Origin: Sphyrna mokarran
Lineage: Eukaryota
Assembly: GCA_024679065.1 (NCBI GenBank)
Contig: JAGIQG010000010.1
Span: 10,106,001 to 10,170,000, forward strand
Length of the DNA stretch: 64,000 bases
Direction of reading: 5' to 3'
Shown: piece by piece, positions 48,641-61,060 of the stretch
Position numbering within the stretch: position 1 is the stretch's first letter
Layout of the letters: every line of letters begins with the position of its first letter
Made by a program: the position numbers and the translations under genes
The notes under the pieces: model-generated
Seen by the model: the letters and a program-made list of their open reading frames with translations, nothing else
What the model was told of the DNA's origin: nothing
Databases searched by the model: none

Positions 48641-49619
48641 TATTTGCCTTAGTAACAAAATTTCAGCCCATCGTATTTCATGGAAAGTTTGTGGCAACTA
48701 AGGTTTTTTGGCATAACACAGATTTCTTTTGTACATAAGAGACTCAAAAAAGTGCTGGCCTAAAATTAGTTTTCATGATAGTCCCCAAGCATTCCGTTTC
48801 TCAGCCCACTGTAGGTTGGCTGTAAATGTTCATTGCTGTATGTAACCAGTTCTGTTTCCGTGCTCTGTTCCTTTAACCATGAATGTTTTTATCATAAAAC
48901 AAGGTACTGTGTGACTGCAGACCCAGACAACCTAGTGGGCATGTTGCACCTTGCCCACCGTTCCACTGACAGTGAGGGACTGGGTGTTACATTTCTAGGG
49001 CAGGGTGTGTTGGAGGGGAAGGTGGCAATGGTGGTATTCCCATGCGTCTGCTGCACTTTTCCGTCAGCTAGTTTTCACAGAGAAAGAAAACAAATCTGTG
49101 GCAATGCGTTGCCAAAGCATTGATTGAAATCATGAAGTCCAATGGAATGAAGGGGATTTGAGTTATTCAGTCACCTTGAAGCAGTAGCCCTGGACATGGC
49201 AGGGCTGTTTTTCAGTCGCATGTTTTATCTTTGAGCTGTCACCTTCTGAAGAGCTGTGTCAGCGATTCTGAAGCCGTTTGTCAGCTTCACTGCGTTGAAG
49301 AAGTTGGCACTTGTGACATCTCCATTTCTGACATATGAGGTTTACTTGACAGTTTAGTTCAAAAGAAACTTTTCACTTCAGGAATGAAGACTGTGAAGCC
49401 ACTTGGCTTTATTTGAAGATGCACATTAACATAAAGTGATGCACTTTGCAGTAGTTTAGTGTGGGATTAAAAAGTCATACTGATCAGAAGATTTACAACT
49501 TAGTCAGTTGTATTCACTGTTGACAGCGTGATCTCTACACTGGGGAAACCAAACCATAGAATGACAGGCCACATTTCCATTCAGTCCACAAGCCATGACT
49601 CTGAGTTTCCAGAGACCTC

Positions 49620-50280
49620 TTAGAATAGAATCATAGAATCGCTACAGTGCAGAAGGAGGCCATTCGGCCCATCAAGTCTGCACTGACAACAATCCACTTG
49701 GGCCCTATTCCCATAACCCATATTTATCCTGCTAATCCTCCTGACACAAGGATCAATTTAGCATGGCCAATCCACCTAACTGACATATCTTTGGACTGTG
49801 GGAGGAAACCGGAGCACCCGGAGGAAACCTGCGCAGACATGGGGAGAATGTGCAAACTCCATATAGACAATGATCCAAGGCTGGAATTGAACCTGAGTCC
49901 TTGGTTCTGAGAGCGGCAGTGCTAACCACTGTGCAGACCCTGCCACTTTAACCTTCCACTTTGCTCTCACTCTGATATCGAATCACAGAATCCCTACAGC
50001 ACAGAAGGAGGCCATTCAGCCCATCGAGTCTGCACTGATCACAATCCCACCCAGGCCCTATCATCATAACCACGTGCATTTACTCTAGTTAGTCTCTCTG
50101 ACACTAAGAGGCAACTTAGAATGGCCAATCCACCTAACCTGCATATCTTCAGACTACGGAAGGAAACCCACGTTGATCTGGCGAGAATGTATAAACTCGA
50201 CACAGATAGTGATCCAAGCCAGAATTGAAACCAGGTTTCTGGCACTGTGAGGTAGCAGTGCTAACCATTGAGCCACTACA
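49620..50280 (-). mobile_element. Two tandem V-SINEs, type A (49620-49935, 49980-50280)
   Basis: Consensus matches. Confidence 0.85.
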
Positions 50281-50314
50281 TCTTTGTACTTGATCAGCTG
50301 TATTGATCCAGTGA

Positions 50315-50675
50315 AGCCCAAGATCCCAAAGTGCTTTACAGCCAATAAAGTATGTTTGAGATGTCTTCATGGTTGTAATGTAGAAAACGCAGCAGCCATT
50401 TCGTACGCAGCAAGCTCCCACAAACACAATCAGGGCAGGAGGGAGTCCCTCCCACTCTTTCTGAAATAGTGCCATGGGTTCTTTTACACCCATTCAAACA
50501 GATGTTTAGGGTCTCTGTTCAATCTTTCACCCAAAATACAAGACAGCAACAGAGCAGCACCCTCTCAATACTTGCACTGGAGGTGAGGTTAGATTTTTGT
50601 GCTCAAATCATCAACTGCGACTTGAATCAAAATCTTGCGACACAAAGATGAAAGTGCTACCAGCTAAGCATAGCT
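50315..50675 (-). mobile_element. Deu-type SINE
   Basis: CCCAAAGTGCTTTACAGCCAAT tail..GAAATAGTGCCATGGG..head GTGCTACCAGCTAAGC. Confidence 0.7.
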
Positions 50676-51214
50676 GTAAGCACTCTATATGGCGTGCAAT
50701 GATGTCCACAGTATATTCATAGTCGCAGTGCCATTAGCACAGGTAATAATCTATAGGGAAAGTTCTGAACAATATGCTGATGTTGCAGCAATAACAGAAG
50801 CAAATCTCAACTGATATTTGGCATTACACCTGTTGGTTAAATCAAACTGATTGAAAAAATGGGATCCTTTTGCCAAGATGTGGTACCCTGATTTACCCCA
50901 CACATTTGTACAGCAGCCAGTTAGTATTTGATGCGTACCGAGCTCAGTAAATCTCCAATTTCAGTAGTCCATTGTCAGATCCATTCAGGGACCTGATCAG
51001 ACAAACAGGGTTAAAAAAACAACTGTTAGGGGCTGTCAGTCTATAGGTGCACTTGTTCAAAGTTAGAAGCACAACTTATCTCTGCATCCTTTCGCATCAA
51101 GGACCCCAAGACTCGTCTTTCTATAACCAAAGTTTAGTATCACAAAAAGCAGAAAAAGATTTACGAGGATGCTTCAAGGAATGAGAAGCACCAGTTGTGA
51201 AAACTGTGTAAACC

Positions 51215-51952
51215 ACAGAATTCTTACAGTGCAGAAAGTCCATTAAATCCACACTGACTCTCATGAAACCCCTGAGCCTTTTCCCTTTAATCCCTGCACA
51301 TCTACCTATCCTATGCATTTTTTCGTCACTAAGGCCAGAATTTTACCGGCATGCCAGCCCCGATTCCAGTGTGGGCTTGGCTCAGAGAATGGCATTCTTT
51401 GTTGGCCTCAGGCAGAACCATACAAAACTTGCAGATGTGCCAGTAAACTTCTGCCCTAAGGATCAATTTAGCATTGTCAATTCACCTAATCTGCACATCA
51501 GTGCACAGTGGTTAGCACTGCTGTCTCACAGCAGCAAGCACCTGGCTTTGATGCCCAGCTTGGGGCATTGCCTGTGTGGAGTCTGCACTTTCTACCTATG
51601 TCTGCATGCATTTCCCCGGGTGCTCTGCTCTCCTCCCACAGTCTGAAAGATACGTTGGTTAGGTGCATTGGCCATGTTAAGTTCTTCTTCAGTGTACCCG
51701 AAGAGGTGCCGAAGCATGGACACTAGGGGATTTTCACTGTAATTTCACCGCAGTTAATGTAAGCGTATTTGTGACACTAATGAATAAACTTTAAAAATCT
51801 TTGGACTGGAGGAAACATGAGCACTCAGAAGAAACTCATGCAGATGTTGAAGGAATGTGCAAACTCCACACAGACAACCACTCACGGCCAGAATTAAACC
51901 CAGGCCTGATGCTGTGAGGCAGCGGTGCTAACCACTGTATCACTGTGCCATC
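51215..51952 (-). mobile_element. Host V-SINE type A carrying two nested insertions
   Basis: Consensus resumes after the MITE (51333-51456) and after a + strand type B V-SINE (about 51500-51795). Confidence 0.8.
51333..51456. mobile_element. 124-bp MITE with TAA target-site duplication (PIF/Harbinger-like)
   Basis: TAA|GGCCAGAATTTTACCGGCA..TGCCAGTAAACTTCTGCCC|TAA, splitting the host consensus CACTAAGG. Confidence 0.85.
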
Positions 51953-51990
51953 ATGCTACCTTATAGAAAGGTCCGGAGAAGTTAGTTGGT

Positions 51991-52095
51991 GTTCTGAAGC
52001 AGAGTCACCTTGGACTCATAATGTTAACTCTCTCTCTCTCTCTATCCCCAGATGTTGCTAGACCCATAAAGATTTTCCAGCATTTTCTGTTAATA
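51991..52095 (+). mobile_element. Single arm of the second hammerhead-bearing repeat (degenerate)
   Basis: GTT-CTGAAGC-A-GAGTC(ACCTTG)GACTC-ATAA-TGTT-AAC then CAGATGTTGCTAGACC..TCCAGCATTTTCTG; homologous to 13315-13403. Confidence 0.65.
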
Positions 52096-52119
52096 TTATC
52101 AGGGAAATTAAGACTATTT

Positions 52120-52410
52120 TTCAAGGAGAAAGAAAGCTGAGAAGAGATTTGATGGAGGTATTCAAAACCATGAGGGTTTCGGACAGAGTAGATAGGCAGA
52201 GTCTGTTCCCCACTCATCAACAGGACACATTTAAAATAACTGGCAGAAGAAGCAAAAGTAACGTTAGCAGAAAAAGCTTTTCATGCAGCAAGTAGTTAGA
52301 GTTTATAATGTACTGTCTGAGAGTGTGGTGGAGGCAGGTTCAATCGAAGCATTCAAAAGACTATTATCTGAAAAGGAGAAATGTGCACAGCAATTGGGAG
52401 ATGATAGGGG
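52120..52410 (+). mobile_element. CR1 LINE 3' fragment
   Basis: GAGATTTGATGGAGGTATTCAAAACCATGAGGG.. Confidence 0.7.
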
Positions 52411-53009
52411 AATGGTCTACTTCTCCAATGTAACAATTGTATGTGCATAAATTAACTTTAAAATTGCACAGCACCTGCACAAATCACCTGTCAGATTTCA
52501 GTACAGGAAACGTGTTGAAAGAAGGGGGCAATTAAATGCATCTTCAATCAAAAAGGAAGCATTTTAAATCAACAATGAATGGTAGATATTTAAATAACGA
52601 TGGTTATTCAGTCAGGTTGACTTGATCAGTTATAAAATAACTTTTAAAGCCCAAAAGGTTCCATTTGATGCTCTGTGTTGAATCAACAGGTCCCACTCAC
52701 ATGAAGACGTAGTTCTGTAGCACTCCTGTCTCTGAGCCAGAAGGCCTGGATTCAAATCTTAGTCCAGGGCTTGATGGACAACAAATGGACATGGTAGTAG
52801 GGAAACCCAGAGAGTGTGGGCCACAGCAGGAGAGGAATGTATGGAAAGGGTTAAACAGATGGTACTGTGGTATCTACATTCACTGCAGGACAAAATACAA
52901 ATAACTACATCTCAGACAGTACTAAAACAGTCATACCGCAGGTGGTATCGCTCCAAGGCTTCAGCAACCATAAGAGAATTGATATCAATTATCAAGGCTC
53001 AACATCATT

Positions 53010-53350
53010 AAGGATCTAGACAGAATAGTTAGGGAGATTGTTCTCACTGGTGAAAGTTTGAGAGAGTGCTGATTTAAATTAATAAAAGATGAAATTGCAA
53101 CATAAAGAGAAGCATTTTCCATGCTGCAAGTGGATAGGATCTATATTGTGCTGCCTGAGAGTATGGTGGAGACAGAGTCAATTAAGGGTTTCAAGAAGGA
53201 ATTGGATCTTTTTTCTGAAAACGAGGGCTAAAGGGAGAAAGTGGGGGAGTGACACCGGGTAGATTGTTCCTATGAGGAGTGGCATAGATGCTATGTGCTG
53301 AATGGCCTCCTTCAGCGGTGTAATATTTCTGTGATTCCATTATTCTATTC
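53010..53350 (+). mobile_element. CR1 LINE 3' end
   Basis: GCTGCCTGAGAGTATGGTGGAGACAG..GAATGGCCTCCTT tail. Confidence 0.7.
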
Positions 53351-53434
53351 CTTCATGTCTCTTCTCAGTCTGCTTTCACAATGGACCTTTCTCCTGCAGG
53401 TTGTTCCTCCATCACCTCAGTCTACTCTTCCCCT

Positions 53435-54020
53435 GATTTGATTTAATTTATCATTGTATTGGGATTCAGTGAAAAGAATTGTTTCTTGCATGCTATACAG
53501 ACAAAGCTTACTATTCAAAGAGTACATAGGGAAGAAGGAAGTGAGAGAGTGCAGCATATAATGTTACCGTCATAACCAAGGTGTAAAAGATCAATTTAAT
53601 TTGTGGTAGGTCCATTCAAAAGTCTGATGGCAGCAATAAAGAAGCTGTTCTTGAATCAATTGGTACATGATCTCAGACTTGTGAATCATTTTCCCGACGG
53701 AAGAAAGTGGAAGAGATTATGTCCAGGATGCGTGGCATCCTTGATTATGCTACCTGCTTTTCCAGGGCAGAGTCAGTGGATGGGAGGCTGGTTTGCATAA
53801 TGGACTGGGCTACGTTCACAACCCTTTGAAGTTTCTTATGATCTTGGACAGAGCAGGACCCATACCAAGCTGTGATACATCTGGAAAGGATGATTTCTAT
53901 GGTGCATGCATAAAAATTGGTCAGAGTGTAACGGACACATTGAATTTCCTTAGCCTTCTGAGAAAACAGAGGCATTGGTGACCTTTCTTAATTATAACGT
54001 CAGTGCAGAGGGACCAAAGA
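53435..54020 (-). mobile_element. Rex/Babar LINE 3' fragment
   Basis: ORF LTNFYACTIEIILSRCITAWYGSCSVQDHKKLQRVVNVAQSI, a Rex1-type C-terminus. Confidence 0.9.
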
Positions 54021-54529
54021 CCTGTCACCTTCCCATGTAATTACATCATATATTTCCCCTCTTCCTACACCAAGGCTGTGAATATCTCCCCCAGGTGATA
54101 TCGCAATTTATGTGCTTTTCTATCAACATATCCACTGATCACAATGGGAATGCCAAATACAGATTGGATGATCACCTTGTCCCAAGACTAAGGCTGATCC
54201 TGACCTCACTTTAACTCACCATGTCAACTTAGCCTCTTCAGTTCCCTTTTGATCTCTGTCTTTCACTGCCTGAACTGTCCAATCAAACTCAACATGAGTT
54301 CCAGGAGGAGTGAGGGTAATTTACTGCATGTCAAACCCACAGTGTGAAATCATACACAATGTGTAAATGAAAATTTTCCCAACATCACAGCTTTCACACA
54401 AGTGCATTGCGGTCCTGTTGAAAAATGGAATTTGGTCGCATTAGATTTCAGCTACTTTTTCTTTGCTTCAGAATCACAGGATGCTGAGAATGAATAGCAC
54501 TGAGAGAGAGGGTAGTCACTCAACTGGTG

Positions 54530-54866
54530 TAATCATAGAATCCCTACAGTGCAGAAGGAGGCCATTTGGCCCATCAAGTCATGTACCAACTCTCTGAAAG
54601 AGCATCTTACTCAAGCCCATCTCCCACTCTATCTCCATAATCTAGTGCATTAACTTCACTAATCCACCTAACCTATACATCTTGGGACATGAAGGGGCAA
54701 TTTAGCATGGCTAATCCACCACACCTTTGGAGAGTGGGAGGAAACCAGAGCATCCGGAGGAAACCTACACAAACATGGAGAGAACATGCAAACTCCACAC
54801 AGGTGGTCACCCAAGGCTGGAATGGAATCCAGGTCTTGGCACTGAGAGGCAGCAATGCTAACCACA
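54530..54866 (-). mobile_element. V-SINE, tail type A
   Basis: Consensus match. Confidence 0.85.
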
Positions 54867-56039
54867 ATGAGTGCAAACACTTCATCAACATATAGTTCTA
54901 ATGAGATCTTACAGAATATTACAATGCATTTACAGTAAGTTATCTGACCCAACAAATCCATATTGGTATTTATGCTCCATACAAACTTCTTCTTCTAAAC
55001 CTGTCAACGTATCCTTCCAATCTTTCTCCCCTATGTGTTTATCCCTTTTGCCACCCAGCACAACTAATCCCTGTGTCACCTTTAATCACCTTTGAATAAA
55101 CAGGTTTTCCTGAATTTTCTATTGGATCTATTATAATATTACCTTATGTTTATGGCCCTAATTTTTGCTCACACCCTCAAGTGCCAAGCACCAATATATT
55201 CTCAAAGTAAATCAAACTATTTAATGGCTAACAGGTAGGGTAGGGGTATAAAATTAGGTGGCACGGTGAGGGGTACAGTGCTCATCACTTCCACTGACCT
55301 TTCACCACGGATGTGAGGGTATTGGGTACTTTATCTACCTTTGGGCCAATTGAGGTCCTCATGAGGCCCAGTAAGGGCTCTTCCTAATGCTGACGGTGTT
55401 TCACCAATGGTGGTGTGGATGGCAATGCCAAGTGCTGAGACCGCCGGGGACTCAGATCGGGAAGGTTGGATAGGGGTGCTCTCATGTTTTGTGCATCGTG
55501 TGCCCAAAAGAGAGGCCCCTCCACTCAGAGTAATCCTCATGCCCTCCCCAGATTTCTATCATCAGTGCCATCTTGACAGTGCTCCCCCAAATTCCCCTCA
55601 CTGGGAGTTTATCAGACTAGCCCAGTGGAAACAAGGCTCCCCTCTACCCCAAGTAACTTGGGGACTGTCTGCAACATTAGCAATGGTCGACACCCTCAGT
55701 GGCATTGCTGGGACTGGCAAACTGCCAGTCTGATGCCATCTGATTCTGGCAGATCCCAGATGGAGGCAGAAGTCTCACGCTGAGCCAAATAAGGGCTTGA
55801 TGACTGTATAATCATGGTTTCCGCGCCATGTAAGCACACCTCTGACCAGTCAGCCAAGAGAGGAGACCTCTGCATAAAATTCCCTTCATGATCTTAAAGG
55901 CCTCCATCAGTCAAGGAATACAGCCTGTTGACCTCTCATGTTTAATTTGCAGTCTAGAAGCCATGCTGTGCATTTTTATTCTTTTCTTTCAGTACTTTCC
56001 CTTTTCTCTTTTTACACAATGCTGTTTTAGTTTTGACAG

Positions 56040-56480
56040 AACACGGCTCTGCTAAAAAAAAATGGCCACTGTAATCAAGTAAAACTTGAACAAAACCTCA
56101 TCATAAAATTGAGAATATTATAGCTGGGCTAATTGCCCAGTGTTCTGGGGCTTATTACCTCAGTTAAACCCTTTCATTAGATCACCCTCCAGTAATCACT
56201 GTTTGGCATCCATTATTGTACACATCATAACTCATTAACTCTAAAGTGCGGCTCTGCAAATATCAGAACAATTTTGTTGGGGCTTTATTTGTTTTTAAAA
56301 CTAATCTTCTCCCCTGTCTCGTCTGGTCTTATTAAAACCAGTGGGAGTCTGCCTCCCAGACTAATAGGAACAGCATTCCACTTGTTTTGATAGCATCAGA
56401 TCTATTGAAACTCCTGGGATTTTAAATGCAGATTGTCTTCAATGAATAAAAGTCACCTCATTATTTTTTTTAAGGGACCA
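56040..56480. promoter_or_regulatory. Candidate enhancer
   Basis: Repeat-free; many TAAT/ATTA cores, TCATAAAA at 56101. Confidence 0.35.
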
Positions 56481-56844
56481 AACTCTGGCATCAAAGTTTT
56501 GGCCAAGGAATGTGAAGACCAAGGACAGGCACAGACCGCTTCCGAACCATCTAAACCGTTGTTTGTCACTGACTGGTGTCCCAGGCAAATAAGACAAAAT
56601 ATTCGTCCCATCAAAATCAACTCTCCATTACTCATATCCTTACTCACGCCAAAACCCGTTCATTCATCACGCCTGTTCTCCCTGACTTACTTTGGCTCCT
56701 ATTTCAGCCCTGCTTTTATAACTTCCATTCTTCTTTCCAAATTCTTCCCCGGCCTTGACTCTCCCCGTCTCTAGAACCCACTCAGACCTGCTGCAAAATA
56801 TCTGGGTTCGTTCAATTCTGGCCTCTTGCGCAACCACCTCCCAG

Positions 56845-57125
56845 TGCAAAACACACGCAAACAGACACACATGCAGATGGACACACAGACACACACGTGC
56901 ATGCACACACCCATACACACACACATGCACAAGCATACAGACAGACAGACTCAGACACGTGCACACAAGTACGCAAACATACATATATTCACACACACGC
57001 ACGTGCACAGGTGCACATACATGCACACACACACACACATAGACACACACATATGTATACACATACACACATGTGCACACATATGTATGCACACATACCT
57101 GCTCACACACGCGCATACACACACG
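56845..57125. repeat. CA-rich low-complexity tract
   Basis: Imperfect (CA)n. Confidence 0.9.
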
Positions 57126-57196
57126 CCTCTCCCTCACTCCTACTCCTGTCCACACCCTCTCCCTCACAATTTTTATCATATGCTTTCAGATATCTA

Positions 57197-57324
57197 GGAT
57201 GGGATTTTACAGCCTCGCTTGTCCAGAAACCATAAAATCCTGCCCGAGGTCAATGAATATTTCCATTGTCGGCCCCTTGCCCATTCCGATTCCCATGGCG
57301 AGCAGGGTGATAAAATTCCAACCC
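57197..57324. mobile_element. ~127-bp TIR/MITE copy
   Basis: GGATGGGATTTTAC..TAAAATTCCAACCC; inverted homolog of 43562. Confidence 0.75.
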
Positions 57325-57437
57325 TTGTCCCAACACTTGAAATCCCTCCCTACACCTCTCTCTCCCTCATTAAGACGGTCCAATCTATCAATTTGACCAA
57401 GCGTTCAGTCATGTGGTTCAGTGTGAAATTCTGTTTG

Positions 57438-57780
57438 ATGGTGGCACAGTGGTTAACAACCTGGATTCAATTCTCGGCTTGGGTCACTATCTGTATGGAG
57501 TTTGCACATTCTCCCTGTGCCTGCATGGGTCTTCTCCAGGTGCTCCGATTTCCTGTTACAGCCCACAGATGTGGGGGTTAGGGTAGATTGGCCATGCTTA
57601 TTTGCCCCTTAGTGTCCCAAGATATATATGTTGGGGGGATTTGTGGGGTAAATATGTGAAGTTACGGGGATAGTGCCTGGGTAAGATAGTCTTTCAGAAG
57701 TATTGGTACAAAAACAATGGGCTGAATGGCTTCCTTCTGTACTGTAAGGATTCTACAGTTCTATTCTATGATTCCTATGA
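57438..57780 (+). mobile_element. V-SINE, tail type A
   Basis: Consensus match. Confidence 0.8.
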
Positions 57781-57899
57781 AGTGCCGTGGCAATTTTTAC
57801 ACAATGGAAGGCACCACACAAACGCAAATTGTTGCAGTGACCCATAGAAGTGCACTCACCCACTGGCTGCATCCTTCAAGACTCGGCTATCCAGAGTGA

Positions 57900-58260
57900 G
57901 CCATCTAAGCTGATTAAAAATTAAACTTCCCTGATCTTCCGTCATTAAATCAAAGGAGACAAGAAGGAGTTTGAGCAGGAGGAGTTGTCATTACAGACGA
58001 TCAAATAACAGCCTGCTCCTTTTCACTGAGGGACTTGCAAAATGACTAAGTACTTAAAATAGCAACAAAATGCTCCGATGTGCATTGTGAGGCAGTCGCA
58101 CAGCTTACCAGAGACACGTTTCAACACCACCTGCAAATATTTAACTGCAACCAGGATTAAGTAATCACTTGCCTTCAACAGCCATTTGTTCAAGATTATT
58201 GCACTGATTTGTAATGGGAAACCAACCCGCATTTGCATCCACTTGTCTTAAGCAGGCAAG
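57900..58260. promoter_or_regulatory. Candidate enhancer
   Basis: CATTAAATCA 57943 overlapping ATCAAAG 57949; GGATTA; repeat-free. Confidence 0.4.
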
Positions 58261-58431
58261 CACCTTCCTTGAAGCAGTTTTTTTTCCCTTGTTTTTCTTT
58301 GCTTGGCTTATACTGTCTGTTCATGTTCAACTGCAAAATGTATGCTGTTTCAGGATTCTGGTAACATGAGTACTGAATACACAGACATTATAGTATATAA
58401 ATATATATATATATATATGCATACTGTATTA

Positions 58432-59025
58432 TCATGGTATTCCTGGCGCAGAAAGAGGCCATTCATCCACAATCACACCCAGGCCCTATTCCACAACCCC
58501 ATGTGTTTAACCTTCTAATCCCTCAACACTAAGGGGCAATTTAGCCTGGCACATAACATGAACACCTTTGGAGTGTGGGAGGAAACTGTAGCACCCAGAG
58601 AAAACCTACGCAGAGGCAGGGAGAGTGTGCAAACTCTGCACAGTGACTTAAACTGGGAATCGAACACGAATCCCCGGCGCTATGAAGCAGCAGTACTAAC
58701 CGTTGTGCCTCCCCAGAACATAATTATGTACTATAGTGCGACACAGTAGCACAGTGGTTAGCACTGTTACCTTACAGCATCAGGGATCTGGGTTCGATTC
58801 CCAGCTTGAGTCATTGTCTATATGGAGTTTGCACATTCTCACAGTGTCTGCGTGGGTTTCCTCCAGATGCTCCAATTTCCTCCCACAGTCTGAAAGATGT
58901 GCTGGTTAGGTGCATTGGCCGTGCTAAATTCTCCCTCAGTGTACCAGACTGTACTGACTAGGAGAATTTCACAGCAACTTCATTGCAGTGTTAATATAAA
59001 CCTGCTTGTGACTAATAAATTAACT
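58432..59025. mobile_element. Head-to-head V-SINE pair: type A (-) 58432-58712 and type B (+) 58738-59025
   Basis: Consensus matches about 25 nt apart. Confidence 0.85.
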
Positions 59026-59284
59026 TTAATTTTAAAAACTATCTGTTAATTATATACTATGATTCACTGATATATGCAGTATTATTGCAAGTGCGGACTG
59101 GCAATGTGAATAACGATAAGAGGTTTAAAGTTTGCCATCTCTCCAGAGTTGCCTTGGAGTTCCCCAGGAATTAAAGATCTCATGGACATTTCTCCAGGAG
59201 ACAAATCACCAGGCCAGTAAAAATTCTGCCTGTTTCTGCACTTTCTTTGAGTGCCTTTGTTTGTTAGTTGTAAAAAAAAAACAC

Positions 59285-59990
59285 AGATGGAGCAGAGGGG
59301 GGAGCTGAGGGGTGAGGGAGGAGGGGGAGCAGAGGGGCAAGAGAGAAGAGGGAAGGGGGAAGAAGGAGGAGAGGAAAGGAAAAAGGTGAAGGGAGAGAGT
59401 AGGAGAAGGGGAGAGGAATAAGGAGTGAGAGGGAAGGAAGAGGGAGCAGAGGGAGCAGGCAGGGATGATGGAGAGGGGAGAAGGGGAATGGGGAAATATA
59501 GAGGAGGGGTAAGGGGAGGAGAGGAAGAGGAGGGGAGATGGAAGGGGAGGGGACTGGGAGGTGAGAGGGCAGAAGGGAGGGGTGAGGGAGGAGAAGAGAG
59601 GGGGTATGGGGAGGAAGGGGGAGGGATGTGGGATGAGTGATAGTGAGGGGGATAGACGAAGGAGGTGAAGGGACAGCAAGGGGGAGGGGTGGAGGGAGAG
59701 GGGAGGAAGGAGAAGGGAAGAGGAAGTGTGGCAGAGGAAGGGAGAGGGCAAAAGAGAGGGATAGGGAGAAGAAGAGGGGAGGAGAGGTGGAGGGAGATGA
59801 GGTGAGGGGGAAGTGGAAAAGAAGGCGTAGAGAGAGGGAGGAGGATAGTAAGAGCAGGGGGAGAAAGGAGATGAAGGAAAGGGGAGGTGGGAGGTAAAGG
59901 GGAGGGGGAGGAAGATGGGTGGGGAGTACAGGGAGGAGAAGGGGGAGGGAGGGCGAAAGGAAAGGGGAATGGGGGAATGGGGCAGAAGGC
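59285..59990. repeat. Polypurine (GA-rich) low-complexity tract, ~700 bp
   Basis: Almost only G and A on the + strand. Confidence 0.95.
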
Positions 59991-60294
59991 CATGTGACGA
60001 AACATTGAGAATAAGTCCAAACAGAATCCATAACATAATATGTGCTATTACTAATTCCCAATCCTTCCTACTATCTCATTTATCTGCAGGCGACTGACGG
60101 TCACAAATGATGGATGACAACAAACCAGCCTCCGACATTCAAAACTCCCGGGTTGAAGGCTCGGAGTTGCGAGTGAGGTAAACATTAGTAACGTTAAGAA
60201 CAGGCAAGTGACAGTTCTTTTTTTTTCCCTGTAGCTGGGGCAGATCTACATGGCGCACCAAGTGCCGCGATTCCAAGCGATTGTATTAAAGGGA

Positions 60295-60470
60295 CGATGG
60301 GAGAGGGGAGGAGGGGAATGGGGGAAAGACAGAGGAGGGGTAAAGGGGAGGGAGAGGAGGAAGAGGGGAGGTGGAAGGGGAGGGGAGGAGAAGGCGAGGG
60401 CAGAGGGAGGGGTGAGGGAGGGGGAAGGAGGGGAAGGAGAGCAAGGGGAAAGGGGGAGGAAGGGAAGAGT
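60295..60470. repeat. Second polypurine tract
   Basis: G/A-rich. Confidence 0.95.
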
Positions 60471-60559
60471 CACAAAGATACCTCCCTGCTGGTTCTTACA
60501 GGCAAGATAATAATTTTCCAGCAGGTTAAGTATACCCATTCCCTAAGGGTTGTGCAGGC

Positions 60560-61060
60560 TGCTGGGACAGAAATAATCATTGCAGAAATATTTTGCCCTT
60601 GCAGCAATTATTAATGTGCTAGCCATGAGTGAGGCAGAAATTCAGTACCGGGGAACAGGTGCTGGCAGGTTTAAGCATCGCCTCAATCTACGTGGTATAA
60701 CAATGGCAATTTCTCATTGATTTGAGACTGTCTCAGCAGGTGGTTCAACAGTGAATGATACCATTGATCTTGTTCAACTATTGTTCCCCGTATCTGCTGC
60801 CATTTATTGTTATCAAGAACTCCAGGGCAGGCTAACCATTCCAAAGGATCATCTTTAAAATGGTAATTAGTTGTGACACTCTGCAGCAGTCAGCTGCAGT
60901 GCAATCAACGGTAATTCAGAAGTAATAGTACACCCAACTATATTGTCTTTTGCTTAATTCTTTCAGCCGCAGACATCATATGGCTCCCCTCTGAATGCAA
61001 AGCCCAAATCAAATTATTCAGTATTGTCTTCCTGAATGTAACTATTTTCCAAGGTTCAGC
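60560..61060. promoter_or_regulatory. Candidate Sox-site-rich enhancer
   Basis: AACAATG 60699, CTATTGTT 60778, TATTGTT 60805, TATTGTC 60941 and 61022. Confidence 0.3.

Noticed and set aside
56667-57235. His/Thr or Cys/Val-rich ORFs (also 43343-43803)
   Set aside because: Translations of CA-rich microsatellite.
59082-60614. Long ORFs (312, 276, 265 aa and others) rich in P/S/L or G/E/R
   Set aside because: Open in several frames only because the polypurine tract lacks stop codons; no domain signal.
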